Source: Mobula birostris (taxonomy: Eukaryota). From it: a DNA stretch of 64,000 nt. The notes below the pieces were generated by a model, which worked only from the letters and a program-made list of their open reading frames with translations, was not told the DNA's origin and did not search any database. A program made the translations under genes and the position numbers. Location of the stretch: the NCBI RefSeq assembly GCF_030028105.1, contig NC_092382.1:20377792-20441791 (forward strand). Reading direction: 5' to 3'. Positions 49,761 through 62,544 of the stretch are shown piece by piece (positions within the stretch are counted from its first letter, which is position 1; every line of letters begins with the position of its first letter).

Positions 49761-51289
49761 GGACAAATATAGGATCCACCTCGAAAACTCGGCTCCCTGT
49801 CTTTGCGTTGCCTTTAAAGTCTCCTGGTGAACCTATCTCCATTACAGTACCGGGCAGCGCTTTCCAATTCACAACCAGTTATTCTTTGTAAAACACATCG
49901 TGATGTTCAAGACACCATCAACCCCACTCCCGCATTCATCAGGCCCGGAAAGCAACAGATTTGGAAAGGCCATCGAAGAGGAAGAAAAATCGCTGCGGAA
50001 CACAGAAAATGGGATAGAACTTCGGCGCTGATACAGGGTTTCGATTCGAAACGTCGACAATTACTTCACCCTACAGATCAAGCTCGATCTGACTCCTAAT
50101 TGAGGTTGTATGCTGCCATGGAAATCTCGACCCTGGCCTGCGTATTGCGTCCGATAGCACGCATAGTACCTCAGGAAATACAAGGAAGTTCCCGGACTGT
50201 ACCTTCTTGAGCAGCGGAGTTCACACTTTGTGCAGAGTCAGTTCAGGATGGATCGTACAAACAAAACAAGAAGCGTTTGAACGGGTGCGAATCGGATGAC
50301 GGACCGGAGCACTGCTGAGAACGTGGAAATCTGCGGAGTCAGTGGGAGCTGGTGGAAGAAATATGGTGTTCATTGAAAGGTGGAAGGTTCATGGTGTCAT
50401 GGAAAACCTATGGGGAAGCGGGCAACCCGTTGAGTTTGGTGGCGAGGTGTAGGGTCATTGGGAAATGTCGGTATGAGTAGGGTTAGTGGGCACTAGTCGG
50501 GATGTGTTGGGGTTGTTGTCCAGTGGGGAGGTATGGTTTCAATGGAACTATCACGAATGTGCTGTGGTAGAGGAAGCTGTTGGAGAGGAGGTTTCAGAAC
50601 GGAACAGTTTGTCGAGGATTGGGTTAGTAAGCAATATATTTGGAGGTGTGTGGTTGGTAGAGGGTCTGGTGGAATGTAGGTCAATGAAGCGGCCGATGTG
50701 TGATTGCCCGATCAGGGGTTAATGTGACGGCGTAGCTGTTGGAACGATTAGGTCAGCGGAAAATCTGATGGGAAGGAATGGAGTCACTGTCATACGTCGA
50801 TCATGAAGACGTAGATTCTGAAGGAAAGCTCAGTGAATTGCTGTGATAATTGGGCTTGTGTAAAACTTCTGGTGTCCGTGATTTCAGTGGCAAGGACCCG
50901 TGGTTATGGAATGGACTCATTGTGTTTTGCTCGACAAGGTTCCGTCTCACTGGGAAGAGATCTTACAGAGAGTTGAGGTCAGTGGGAGCAGGTGGAGGAT
51001 GGGTGTGTTCAGTGTGAGAGCGTGTGTCAGTGGTGGAGGCTTGTGGAAATTTCTGGATCAATGGGTACCGGTAGCGTGCAAGGCGTTGGGGGATTGGAAG
51101 AGGCTTGTGGAGGAGTTGTGCTGTCTGTTTTGTTAACTGAAGCCGAGCCGAGGTCAATGTGTCTCGTTGCAAACATGAGTCGTCAGTGCTTGAATGTGGT
51201 ACAAGAGGCGTGATTTCATTGGGATTCATAATACAACACTGCTCAGTCCTCAGTGTTGAATTTTAAATGCCATATTTCCCGTTACTCTA

Positions 51290-51600
51290 TTACTCGTCCT
51301 GCATCACCTGGTTTTGCAACTCCAGACTTACTCAGCTCTTTATTAATGTTACGAGCAACAAAGTTCTGCTGCAACTGATCTCTGAGGAAATCCAGTGTAA
51401 CTGTTCCACCTTCCAGAAAAAGGAAACATACCAGTGTTCTGTTTTGTTTCTGTACAGAAGCAGTTTCTATTATCCCAAGATATTTAATCTTTCTGACAGT
51501 CAATTGTCTTGCATCATCTTATATACCTTTTGGAAATCGGGACCTATCCCATTTGTTTATTCATCCACTGCATCATTGGAGGATTCTATCCCGTTTACTT
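51290..51600 (-). mobile_element. Very old CR1 RT relic
   Basis: DFQKVY...VRKIKYLGI...GFPQRSV corresponds to DFQKAF...KIKAHGI...GVPQGSV. Confidence 0.45.
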
Positions 51601-53924
51601 CTTTTTTTTAGTTTTGGAAGCGATTTCACTTTAGAAATTCAAATTGTCGAAGTGACGACCGATAGAGACCCTTTGCGGCATTTTATTTCTCTGTTTGGAA
51701 AGCTGCTTTGATTCGAGGCGCATTATTTGTGTTTACCCGGTACTGACCATTCACAATGCGGCCCGTTGTTTCTGCGCTCCTTTTTTTTTAATATTCCCTG
51801 ACAGATTCTCTCTCATCTTCCATCATTCAAGGATAATCTAACCTCTATCCTTCCGAACTTTTCATATAAATGAAAGTCAACTGATTTTAGCAATTGTATT
51901 GGAAAATTTTGTTTAATTGGCAAGAAAAGAAAGTTTAACATGAGTAGTAACACTTAATATTGTAATTTACCTTACTAAGGCAAAATTGGCAGGTATACGT
52001 TAGTTCCGCCGAAGATAATGTGAAATACCAAAAAGCATCCATCTTCATAACAATGAATGACTCATGACTGCCGCCTTCAGGAATAGTTGGAGTAGCGCTT
52101 GTTCCATTCATCCAGTGTGGTCACAGGCGACAGGTTCATTCTCCTGCTTCCATTTCATTTCATTTCCTTCAGCAGACTGGCAACAGCTACAGTTGTAGAA
52201 TAAGTGGATCAGCTGCAGAACTTCCTGCTGAAACTTTGACAGTGTGGAATATAAACATCTATAAATCCACTTTGATTGTCCTACTCACGAATCATGGTGG
52301 AAATGTGTTTTTATTCCGTCATGCTGTTGGCATGTTTGAGTATCGAGGAATTTGTTCACAATTTAACAGCGTTTCTGGCAATTTGAATTAAGCTCAGTAA
52401 ACCAATAGAATACCCCCCCCCCCCCCCCCGCCCACTTAGTTAGGAAAGCTAGTTCCAGAGGGACATGTGGTTGTATTTTCCAGTTGGGTCACTGGGGAGG
52501 TTCAGCTGTCTAAACCTACGGTCCGGCCTGGTCCAGCCCATCAAAAAGGTGAAGACATTCACTGCCTACTGATATCTACAAACACTGTACTCAGTTCATT
52601 TGTAATTAGGCTCTGTGATCGTTGCCGACCCTGTCAGCGATACCGCACCCCGTGACGGGAGGTATGGATCAATGACATTGGAGAGCAAGGAACGGGGAGA
52701 GTAAATACAGGAGAGCAAATAACTCCGGAAAATCTGAATTTCATTCATTTTATCTTCCTTCAATGCCGGATTAGAGATCAGATCGCCATTGCCAATATGA
52801 TTATTATACAGTCTGCAGATTTGCTGAAAATCTATCAGTTTTAATTGCAACAAACACTCTAATGTAATGGGTTTACCTCTGTTGGCATCACAGTGATACT
52901 CGTTATCTCCAAACACTACTCCCGCGGATAAACTCTGAGAGAGGGTCTGCATTACCACCGACAGATCTTTTGATAAATTAGTTTAATGTTAAATAAGCAT
53001 TCATGGCTAAATGAGATTTAGCCCCACTGGGCCATGACGCAGCACCATTAGAGATTGTTCTCGGCTCATTTTACTGGGTGATCATAGAAATATAATTATA
53101 AAAGAAGCAGCGGGAGAGCCAGCAGCTTCCAGTAGCCTCAGTAATACACAAGTGAGATACGGCTTTGTCTGTCAGAGACGGATTCTCACGTTTGGATCCA
53201 AATACGCAAATTCAAATGTCTGAATTTGAAAGCATTCATCAAATTGTGATTTCACCCAGAAGCAGATGGGAGTTCCGGATTGCTAAACTGAATTTACACC
53301 AAACACACCCTGTCTACACCATTTCGTTTAGAAAAGGCTAATGTGAAAGAAAGTCGGGTAACCTGTGCAACAATTTCGAGACGGTTGTGATATTTAAGCA
53401 GCTGGAAACTACTTGTTGATTACTTAATGTTTTTAAAGTGATATAGCAATTCTGGATTGTACAGTACGTTTCCAGACATCTCGAATTAGACGAAGGGGCA
53501 GCTGCATCGTTATGTACTCCATCAAACGGCCAGGTCAATGGGACATGGGGACTGATGTGTTGTCAAATTAGAGCAAAATTGGGCCGAGCACGATCACATC
53601 TCATTCACAGTGTGGGTTTCGATTTGTGCTGAAACTAGAGAAGTTCAGTCAGACAGGAAAAAAAGGCAAAAAAAAAAAAAAAAAACGTCTCCCAGTAAAA
53701 TGGTGATTATAGTAAGGAAAATGAAACATTAACTAAATGGAAAACTCCGAACAATACAGAACGGGATTGGATGTCGCGATTGGCAGCCACGGCCAGATCA
53801 CTCCAAAGGCTCAGGTAATGCAACTTCGAGAATGGATCGATGCGTTTTCAATTTTGGATACTTGGGTGTGTTAATGTGCAAGGTAAAACACATTTTACTG
53901 AAGGGAGATAAACAAACAACTGAC

Positions 53925-54490
53925 AACTATATAGGACCCTGGTCAGACAGGACTCGGAGTACTGTGCTCAGTTCTGTTTACCTCACTACGGGAAGGATGT
54001 GGAAACCATAGAAAGGGTGCAGAGGAGATTTACAAGGATGTTATCTGGATTGGGGAGCATGTCATATGGAAACAGGTTGAGTGAACTTGGCCTTTTCTCC
54101 TTGGAGCGACGGAGGATGAGAGCTGACCTGATAGAGGTGTATAAGATGATGAGAGGCATTGATCGTGTGGGTAGTCAGAGACTTTTACCCTGGGCTGAAA
54201 TTGTTGCCAAAGAAGGATACAGGTTTAAGATGTTGGGCAGTAGGTACAGAGGAGATGTCAAGGGTAAGTTTTTAACTCAGAGAGTGGTGAATGCGTGGAA
54301 TAGGCTTCCGGCGATAGTGGTGGAAGTGGATAGGATTGGGTCTTTCAAGAGACTCCTGGATGGCTACATGGAGCTTAGAAACATAGAGGGCTGTGGGTAA
54401 CCTGAGGTAATTTCTCACTAAGTACATATTCGGCACAGCTTTGTGAGCCAAAGGGCTTGTATTGTGCTTTAGGTTTTCTATGTTTCTGTG
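53925..54490 (+). mobile_element. CR1 3' portion
   Basis: IERVQRRFTRML...LERRRMRADLIEVYK. Confidence 0.9.
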
Positions 54491-54699
54491 TAACTTATAA
54501 CAGGAAATGAGAGTCTTTTACTGAAAGAAAGGGAAAGCTGAACTGTTGGGAACAAAAGTATTGTTTGAGGACAGGAACGTTTTCACAGAGTATAATTTGT
54601 TCATATGTTTGCAGAGCAGATGTGGATTTATTTTTTCACGACACACGCCGGTGATAATAAACCGGATTCTGATTCCGAAATGGGGAAGTTATTTGACTC

Positions 54700-54890
54700 T
54701 TTCTCCTGCGGGTACGGACTTCCAAACAATTTCAAAACTAAATTAGCGGGAGAGAGCAGAAGAACTTTCAACTGCCCTCTGAATCTGGTCTGGGTCACTC
54801 CGTAAATAAATGTATTTGTGCAAGTGCTGAAATTCTGAATCACAGAACCCCAAAACTTTCTCCATCTCTCGCATTGTATCCTGCTGATAT
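54700..54890 (-). pseudogene. GPCR relic: TM7 and helix 8 only
   Basis: IQNFSTCTNTFIYGVTQTRFRGQLK matches the family TM7/H8 motif; upstream sequence is frameshifted or lost. Confidence 0.78.
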
Positions 54891-55159
54891 ATTTTGCATT
54901 TTGTTAGTCTCATTATACCTTTCTTTATGCTTAATATTCTGCACGTATCTAATCCGAAGATCATGTTTATAACGTCAGAAAATAGTTCAACTATTTGAAT
55001 TAATTATGTCAGTTTTATTGACGAAGGAGCGTATAATTTCAAATCGCTCATGCATAAAAGGTATGCCAAGGTCTAATTCAGATTGTTGCTTTTGATTTGA
55101 TTACCAATTTTAGTCCGTTTTAGTAAATGAGAGATCTACTGAAATTTGATTATCGCCAC

Positions 55160-56130
55160 AGTAGTTTACGGCAGACACAATCTCAATGGTTCCTCACATG
55201 GCCTTAGATCACCTGGGGGGGGGGGGGGAGCCTCTGTGTCAGGATGCTGTTAGTTGAATATAGCTCAGCGTTTAACTCCATCATACCCACAGTTCTGAAT
55301 GATAAACTATATAATCTGGGCCTCTGTACCACCCTCTGCAATTGGATCCTGGACTTACTAACCGGAAGACCACAATATTGGAAATAATACCACTTCCTCC
55401 ACCACCCCCAACCCCGCTAATGATCAGCATGGCGCGCCTCTGGAGTGTGTGCTCAGCCCACTGTTCTAGTCCCTCTATACACACGACGGTGTGCTAGGTA
55501 TAGTTCAAATACCGTCTATAAAATCGCTGATGACACAACATTGTTGGTAGAATCTCAGAGGGCGTACAGGAGCGAGATATACCAGCTGATTGAGCAGTGT
55601 CGCAGCAACAACAATGTCAGTGAGACGAAAAACCTGATTATGAAGTTCAAGAAGGGAAAGAGAAAGAAACACCAACGGATCCCCATAGGAGGGTCAGAAG
55701 TGGGGAGATTGAACAATTCAAAATTGCTGGGTGTTAAAGTCTCCCAGGGTCTAACCTGGTCCCAACATGTCGACAGAACAATTAAGAGGGGAAGACAGTG
55801 GCTATATTTCATCAGGAGTTTGAAGACATTTGGCTTGTCACCGGAAACACTCGAGAACATCTACACTCGTACTGTGGAGACCGTTCTGACAGGCTGCAGC
55901 AGAATAATTGAAGTTACAAAGAATTGTAAAATTAGTCAGGTCCATTTTGTTTTCTAGCCCCCACAGGATTCAAGACACCTACAAGGACCGGTGCATCGTA
56001 ACCCAATGTCCATTACTAATGACCTACATCACCCAGGGCATGCCGACCTCCCATTACTGCCGTCCGGAAGAAGGTACAGAGCATGAAGGCACACGTTCAG
56101 CGATTCAGGAACAGTTTCTTCCCTTCTGCC
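55160..56130 (+). mobile_element. Rex1/Babar-like RT fragment
   Basis: YKIADDTT, KLLGVKVSQGLTWSQH, RQWLYFIRSLKTFG, YTRTVETVLTGC. Confidence 0.8.
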
Positions 56131-56169
56131 AGACATTGAAACCACGAGGAAGCACTTGCTGTCTTGAGA

Positions 56170-56800
56170 CAAATTAGCGTGGATCAATCCACAGATCCTG
56201 ACAAAGTGTCCAGCGGACCCAGTGGGAAGCGAGAGATGAAATTGGACTGGCCTTGGTAAAGGAATTTTATATATCTTTAGCCATGGTTGAGATGCCGGCG
56301 GAATGGAGTTTTGGAGGATAGCTAAAGTTGTTCATGGATGACTGTAAGAAGTAGCTTGGTAATTATAAGCCGCTGAGCCGGACCTGACTAATATAGAACA
56401 TAATAGGTAAATATAGGTAATATAGAACATAAAAGGTGACTAATATAGAACATAATAGGTAAATATAGGTAATATAGAACATGAAAGGTATACTTAGGGA
56501 TATGAAAGACAGTGTCTGATTAAGGATTGCCAACAGGGCTCCGAGCGCGGTAGCTTGTGTCTAATTAATCTTATGGAGTTTTCCACGAAGTTTACCAGGC
56601 GGATTGATAAAGGAAGAATAGTGACGGGTCCGTTGATGTTTATTAACGATCGAGATGATAATGAGGTAAATTTGGTCAGTAAATTTGTGGATGATACTAA
56701 GGCTGGAAGCGTAATGGACAACGGGGAAGGTTGTTAAGGATAGCAGCGGGATCTTGAACATCTGGAAAAATAGGAAGAAGTTTACAGACGGAATATGCAG
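56170..56800 (+). mobile_element. Decayed CR1 fragment containing a 52-bp AT-rich tandem duplication (56386-56489)
   Basis: CLINLMEF, FINDRDD..VSKFVDDTK; gactaatatagaacataataggtaaatataggtaatatagaacat occurs twice. Confidence 0.7.
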
Positions 56801-58844
56801 AATGAAGATGCTTTTTGAACACGGATTCTGGGTCTGCCCACAACGAAATGACACTTCTGGAGTGGGCGTCATGTAATGAACCAGATTTGATTACAGTAAA
56901 GGAACTCCTAATGAGACAATGAGCATAATATAATGGAAGAGGATTCATCCTGTGTTCTGAGAGAGACGAGCTAAAATTAGATGTGTCGGTATCATAGTGG
57001 AATCAAAATCAATTCAGAGGCATCCGGAAGTATCTGAGGAAAGGAAGGAGACAACAGCAGGGATGGTGGCAGAGCATCAGTGGCTGGAGTTTCAGCCAGC
57101 AGTTCAGATGGCGCAGGGTAGATTCCTCTATAAGAAGATGTGTTCTAAAGGGAGGATGAGGTACCCATGTCTGACAAAATAACTCGTGTCTCTGTTATTC
57201 CCCACGACAGCATTGAAGTGTTTATAAAAGCACAGACTGTTCTGTTTATTGAACTAAAGTGTCATTTTGAACGTCCAAATTATGGATTTGACGGCTCTAA
57301 CAATTCAGCATTGCATTCAGTTAATGTCGGGTCTGCAGACCTCTCCAATCCCGGTGGTAGCGCTCCAGGAAGTCACAGACACGCGGTCAGTATGCCGAGT
57401 TGAGAGTTTGTACCGATCCGATAGGAACTGATCCACGTCCTTCCCCGTCTGCAGATCAGCCTTGATTTGATTCCCTGCTGCGTACAGACTCACATTCACG
57501 AGTCTTTAAAACGCACCTTCTCAGTATTAGGATTCTTTGCAGAGTTTGTGGGGATTTTGTGTACATCAGTTGTTGCAGCGTTTCTCTGTTTATGTATGGC
57601 AGTTCGGAAAAGAAACGTTTATTTTCCTTCCTCACCCTTCTGTAAAAGTCAGCAAAGAAAAAGATCTGAAGATAGGATATGAAAATACATACTGACTTTG
57701 ATGATAGTCTTACTTTGAACCGGTAATTTCTGAAGTATCCTGTGATTCGAGCAACACAGGGATTCGTATTTTCATTGAAGATCGTTTAATAACTTGTCTT
57801 AATTTGATTTTGCGCAAACGGATAACTGAGTAGTTCATCCCTGTAGTTGCACACTTTGCCTCTTGATGGAAAATTAACAATTTAGTATCCAGACTAGGGG
57901 GCGGGCATTTAGACTTAAATGTAATATCAACGCGCCGAGTGTGCTCGGATATTCAGTCACTATCCGTGGTCAGTGATGATGGTGTATTGCTATTGACAGT
58001 AAAATTGTGTTAAATGACGAGTTTAAATATGAACATCGCTATTACGTCCAAGTTAGGACAGGAAATGTAACGACAGTGTTAGTTTAGTGAGGGAAGTTCT
58101 GAATGAGCAAGGAGATGATCTGCGCGGATATTCATGGAACTGATACAAACATTTCTAACATGATTGCCGAAGTTGAGGGAGCGAGCTCGTCTGTGTGGTC
58201 AGTGATCGGTCTGGATAGGCAGTGATAATACCAGAGTGGTCAGTGACGCGCCGCCAGCCTCGTGATTGTTCTGTTTACTGTGTGTTGAAATGATGGGTCA
58301 CTCTGAATGAGGAAACCCTGCCAGCGATCTCACTCACGTTCGAGAAGCGCAATAAAATTAATCGTTAATCTTCACGCTCGATGGTGAAAGTTTTCTGTCA
58401 TTCATGAAATACCTGAATTTGCAACATATTGTTTGCGTGAGGTCGCGGTAACCTGTCGAGTGCAGGAAATTGTTCGATATGAACAACTGGGGATGAAGGA
58501 AATCCCGGCTGACGTCATAAAGATTAATGCGAAGGTGTTTATTTTCAGCATAGCATGGGCGAGCAAACGCTGGTGGAAAGTGCTGGTACCGCAGGGGGAC
58601 TCTACGTGCAATCTAAACATAGAGTAGAAGTTATGGTAAAGGACACAAAATTAATACTCCCCGTCGATACTCGTCAGGAAAGCGGTCTTTACAGTTGCAG
58701 TATTCACTGAAGGGAAGGGGAAATTCTGCTGCTGTTCTCCACACATAATGTTGATATTCTCATGTCTGTAAATAAGAATAAATTTCCCGAACTGAGAGAG
58801 ATCGTATCCCATGGTGTGTGTGGTAGGCTGGGTGGAAATTTCTA

Positions 58845-59700
58845 AAGACACGGAGAAACACAGCACAGGAACAGGCCACTCGGCCCGTGTAGTCATGCTG
58901 AACTATTCTGCCGGGCCCCATCGACTTGTGCCACGACCATAGCCCTGCACGCCACTCCCGTCCATGTACTTACCCTAACTTTTGTTAAATATTGTAATCG
59001 ATCCGGCGCTCGTCACTTCCTTTTTTTTTGATTTTTTTAATTTTATTTTTATTTGGATAATGAATTCACAAATATCATGTACTTTTTTCACACATATAAC
59101 CTTTTCCAGCCTGTTCCACTCTCGCCACCCTCATGTTCCTCTTAATCATTTCACCTTGCACCCTTAACCGATGACCATAAGACCCACCCAACCTCAGTGG
59201 GAGATTGCCTGCTCGCACTTACCCTGTCTATACCCCTCAAAATGTTATACACCTATATATCAAATCTCCCATTATTCTCCTACGATCCAGGGAATAAAGT
59301 GATAACCTATTCAAGCTATCATAAATCTATCCTCAAGACCTGGAAACATTCTCGTAAAATGTCTATGAACTCATTCAATCTTATTGATATCTTTCCTTCA
59401 GACAGCTGAGCGTAACTGCGCACAAATTCGGGCTCACAAACTCCAAAATAACATCTCATCTCCAATACTCAATACCTTGACTTATGAAGGTCTATGTATG
59501 TACCAAAAGCTCTCTTTACGACCCTGTCGACCTGTGATGCCGCTTTCGAGAGATTATGGATCTCTATTCCCGGATCCCGCTGTTCCACCGCACTCATCGG
59601 TGACCGAACATTCAACGTGTAATTCATCCCAAAGTGCAACAGCTCGCAGATACCTGAATGAAATTCCATCCACCACTTTCCTGCCCATTTTGCCGGCTGG
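58845..59700 (-). mobile_element. CR1 3' portion, decayed
   Basis: KWWMEFHSGICELLHFG...EQRDPGIEIH..KAASQVDRVVK; tail at about 58850-58890. Confidence 0.8.
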
Positions 59701-60486
59701 TCCATTGACCCTAAATGACCTTAATAGATCTGGGGAAGTCTGGCAAGTTTAGAACACACGCCAATGACATTAGGTCTGTGCTAAGTCTGAAGGAGCAAGC
59801 CGTTCCAGAGTTTTAAGTCTGTAGATCCCTATAGGTAAAACACCAAAGTATGTGCGCTGTATTTCCCCCGTATTTCCTGCACTTTGAAATCCAGCAACTT
59901 GTCTGTCCTTGCCATCCCCCGCGGCCAAGTTGGGGCTTCAATAAAAAAAAACTACAGCAATTGCACCCCGAATGGCGGACTGACATTTGCATTTCCACAA
60001 AATTAACATCAATTTTTTTCAAACTTCAGTTAACATTGAGATTGCAAGGTGTTTCTTGATCAGCGATATCCGGGAAACGAGACAAGAGCTTACCTCCAGT
60101 CTCGAACAGCGAACTGGGGGGACTGGGCTGTTAAACAGGAGAGGTTTCGGGAACACAGAATCGCACGCTGGAGCGGTGCAGTGCATCCGAACCAGGCGGA
60201 CAGTGGGACTTGCAAGACAGAACTGCGGGCCACAAGGGCGTCACTGATCTACACTAACAAACGTAGGTCGTTCACTCGGTAAGAGAGGGGTATGTAAACG
60301 AGTGAATGCAGAAACTAAAAACGATTGAAAGGATCGTCAGTTGAGCTGGAGTGAAGAAACATGCGCGATAGTAAGGCGAGTGAGGAATGAGAAGACCACG
60401 TAATTACGCCGGTTCCCATTGGTGCGGAGTTTGCCTGCAATGACTGGTGAATTAGTTGGGCCAGTCTGCGAAACATCACTAATTCA

Positions 60487-61305
60487 TCACATCCTCGCAG
60501 CAATGAGAGCCAGGGGATGTTTTATCGCGTCCTTCAGTTGCTCCCTGAACTTGGTCTGGGTGACGGCGTAAAAAGCCGTGTTTGTGCAGCAGCTCAGAAG
60601 CTGCAGCATCGAGCCCAGTCCTCGCAGAGAATCAGGAGGATGCAGCAACGCAGAGCAGCAGACGAAATTGCCAGAGATGACCAGCAGTAAAACGAGGGAT
60701 TTCCTGCGGCTCTCCATCTGCGGGTCCCTGTCACCCTGTCCCTTGTCAGCACGCCGGAGTCTGCTGCGCCCTCTGCTGGTGACTAGAACATGCCGGACGG
60801 TTAGTCCATTCGTCAGGAGAACCAGCAGGAATGGGATTACAGGATGAGAAGGTAATTAAATAATTCCATTGGTATTGAGACGGTACCCATACAAATAAAT
60901 GGATGAATTATCATTGCATAACGCCCTGGGAGCCGAAAATACCAGTAGGTGTTTCTTAAACAGCTGATTGCAGTCACTGCCCCCAGAATCACAGCCGTAG
61001 TTTTCCCTGTGCAATATTTTGTTTTCAGTTTCTGGCGACAGATGGCCACAAATCCATCAAATGTGAAAGTGTCGGTGAACCACACCGGACAATCGGTGGC
61101 GGCGTAAAGCAGGACGGCGTGGATATTACACACCGGTGTATCCGCAGCCCAGAGGAAAAGTTCCATTGATGCGGGATCCTGCTCAGTATTAGGTCCAGTG
61201 CAACGACCATAAGATCCGCCGCTGCCATGGCAACCAGGTAGCGAGTGACAACTCTGGAGAGACCGCACTTTCCTCCCGACAAGATTAAAATCGTCACCAG
61301 GTTCA
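60487..61305 (-). pseudogene. GPCR pseudogene (exon 2) with at least two frameshifts and in-gene deletions
   Basis: Acceptor ctcgcag|TG AAC, then VNLVTILILSGGKCGLSRVVTRYL; frame shifts to TFTFDGFVAIC..KYCTGKT and again to PQMESRRKS..CCTNTAFY. DRF is changed to DGF; TM6-ECL3 is shortened. Confidence 0.9.
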
Positions 61306-61696
61306 CTGCGAGGAGCATAGAAAATAATCAGCAGACACACATCAGGGAGCCTTCTCTGTGAGGTGGGCATACAATTTATCAGATTTGTTTTCTGTCATGT
61401 TAGTAAATCATTGCTCCTCAGGAAGTCTATAGAGAAAATTAACTACTAGATTCAAATCCTAGGTGAAATTAGCGAAAAAATCAAAGGCAAAATTTGCCGA
61501 CAGATATCACCCAAGAGCAGCAGCGAATAACACAGATGAGGATCACTGATAATTTCGCAACTTCGGGCGTGTTTGGGGAGAAGACGTAAATGGGACATCA
61601 AACACGAACTCTACAGAAACTTAAATAACTTTCCGGAACAACGACTGCTTACATCAACGGCAGGCTTGCGCCACTGATCACTATACCCGCCGTCCT

Positions 61697-61760
61697 GCCG
61701 TGCAACAGTCTTTGGCACATATATATAGCTAGGGAGCCTGAGAATATGACACAGTCCCGT
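61697..61760. mobile_element. Short palindromic MITE-like element
   Basis: gtgcaacagtctttggcac-atatatatagctag-ggagcctgagaatatgacac imperfect inverted repeat; partial related copy at about 62035-62070. Confidence 0.4.
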
Positions 61761-62544
61761 GTTGTCAACGTGGAGTGGAGAACCGGCTTGCAAATCTGGC
61801 GGGAGAAAACTATGTTGCGAATTACTGACAATTACAAAATGTCTCCCTGGTGTTTCCCGCTCCCTCCACTCTCCCTCCCGCTTTTCTCAACTATGAGCCC
61901 CTCTCCCTGATCCCTTCCCACTCTCAGTCCATAGCAGAGACCCGTATCAGAAACAGATTTGTCATCAACATCTTATGTCAAGAAATTAGTTATTCTTGCG
62001 GCAGTAGTACAGTGTAGTACATGCAATTACTACGGTACTGGGGAAAGGTCTCCGGCATCCTCGCTATATATAAAATACTGTCACCGATCATCCGATCTGC
62101 AGTAGCTCCAGTGAATTCGCTCAATGAGCGAGTGATTCGGAGAAGCGGAATCTATCTAAGTTTTACACTGATTCGCAGCTGCCGACCTAAAACTCGGAGA
62201 AACTGGTCGACTCCCTAGGACACGTTGAGCAGGAGATCTGACTTTGCGGCGGCGGAGGCTATGTTCACAGGCCGAAAGTTAACTGGGATGGTGATATTCC
62301 TATGATTTTTTTCCTCCAAGGTTCTTTATCCCCTTCAGTTACTCCTGCCCTTATTAAAGAGATTTTCCTCTGTTTCTCTGCATTTATTCCATTCCAGCTG
62401 AAATTTTACTTACCCACAATAATGTCCTCTTTTATCCCCAAAGCAATGCATCGCAGCCCATTAGTAATTTTTCAGTTTGCGGATTTTTGTGTTTTTCTTT
62501 TCGCTTCAGAACACCGACAGAGTTCACAGTCAACTGCAAACATC

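Noticed and set aside
52596-52958. 120-aa minus-strand ORF
   Set aside because: No recognisable domain or splice context; length is compatible with chance
58651-58812. cccttcag|TG AAT on -, resembling the family exon-2 acceptor
   Set aside because: Downstream translation (VNTATVKTAFLTSIDGEY*) has no GPCR motifs
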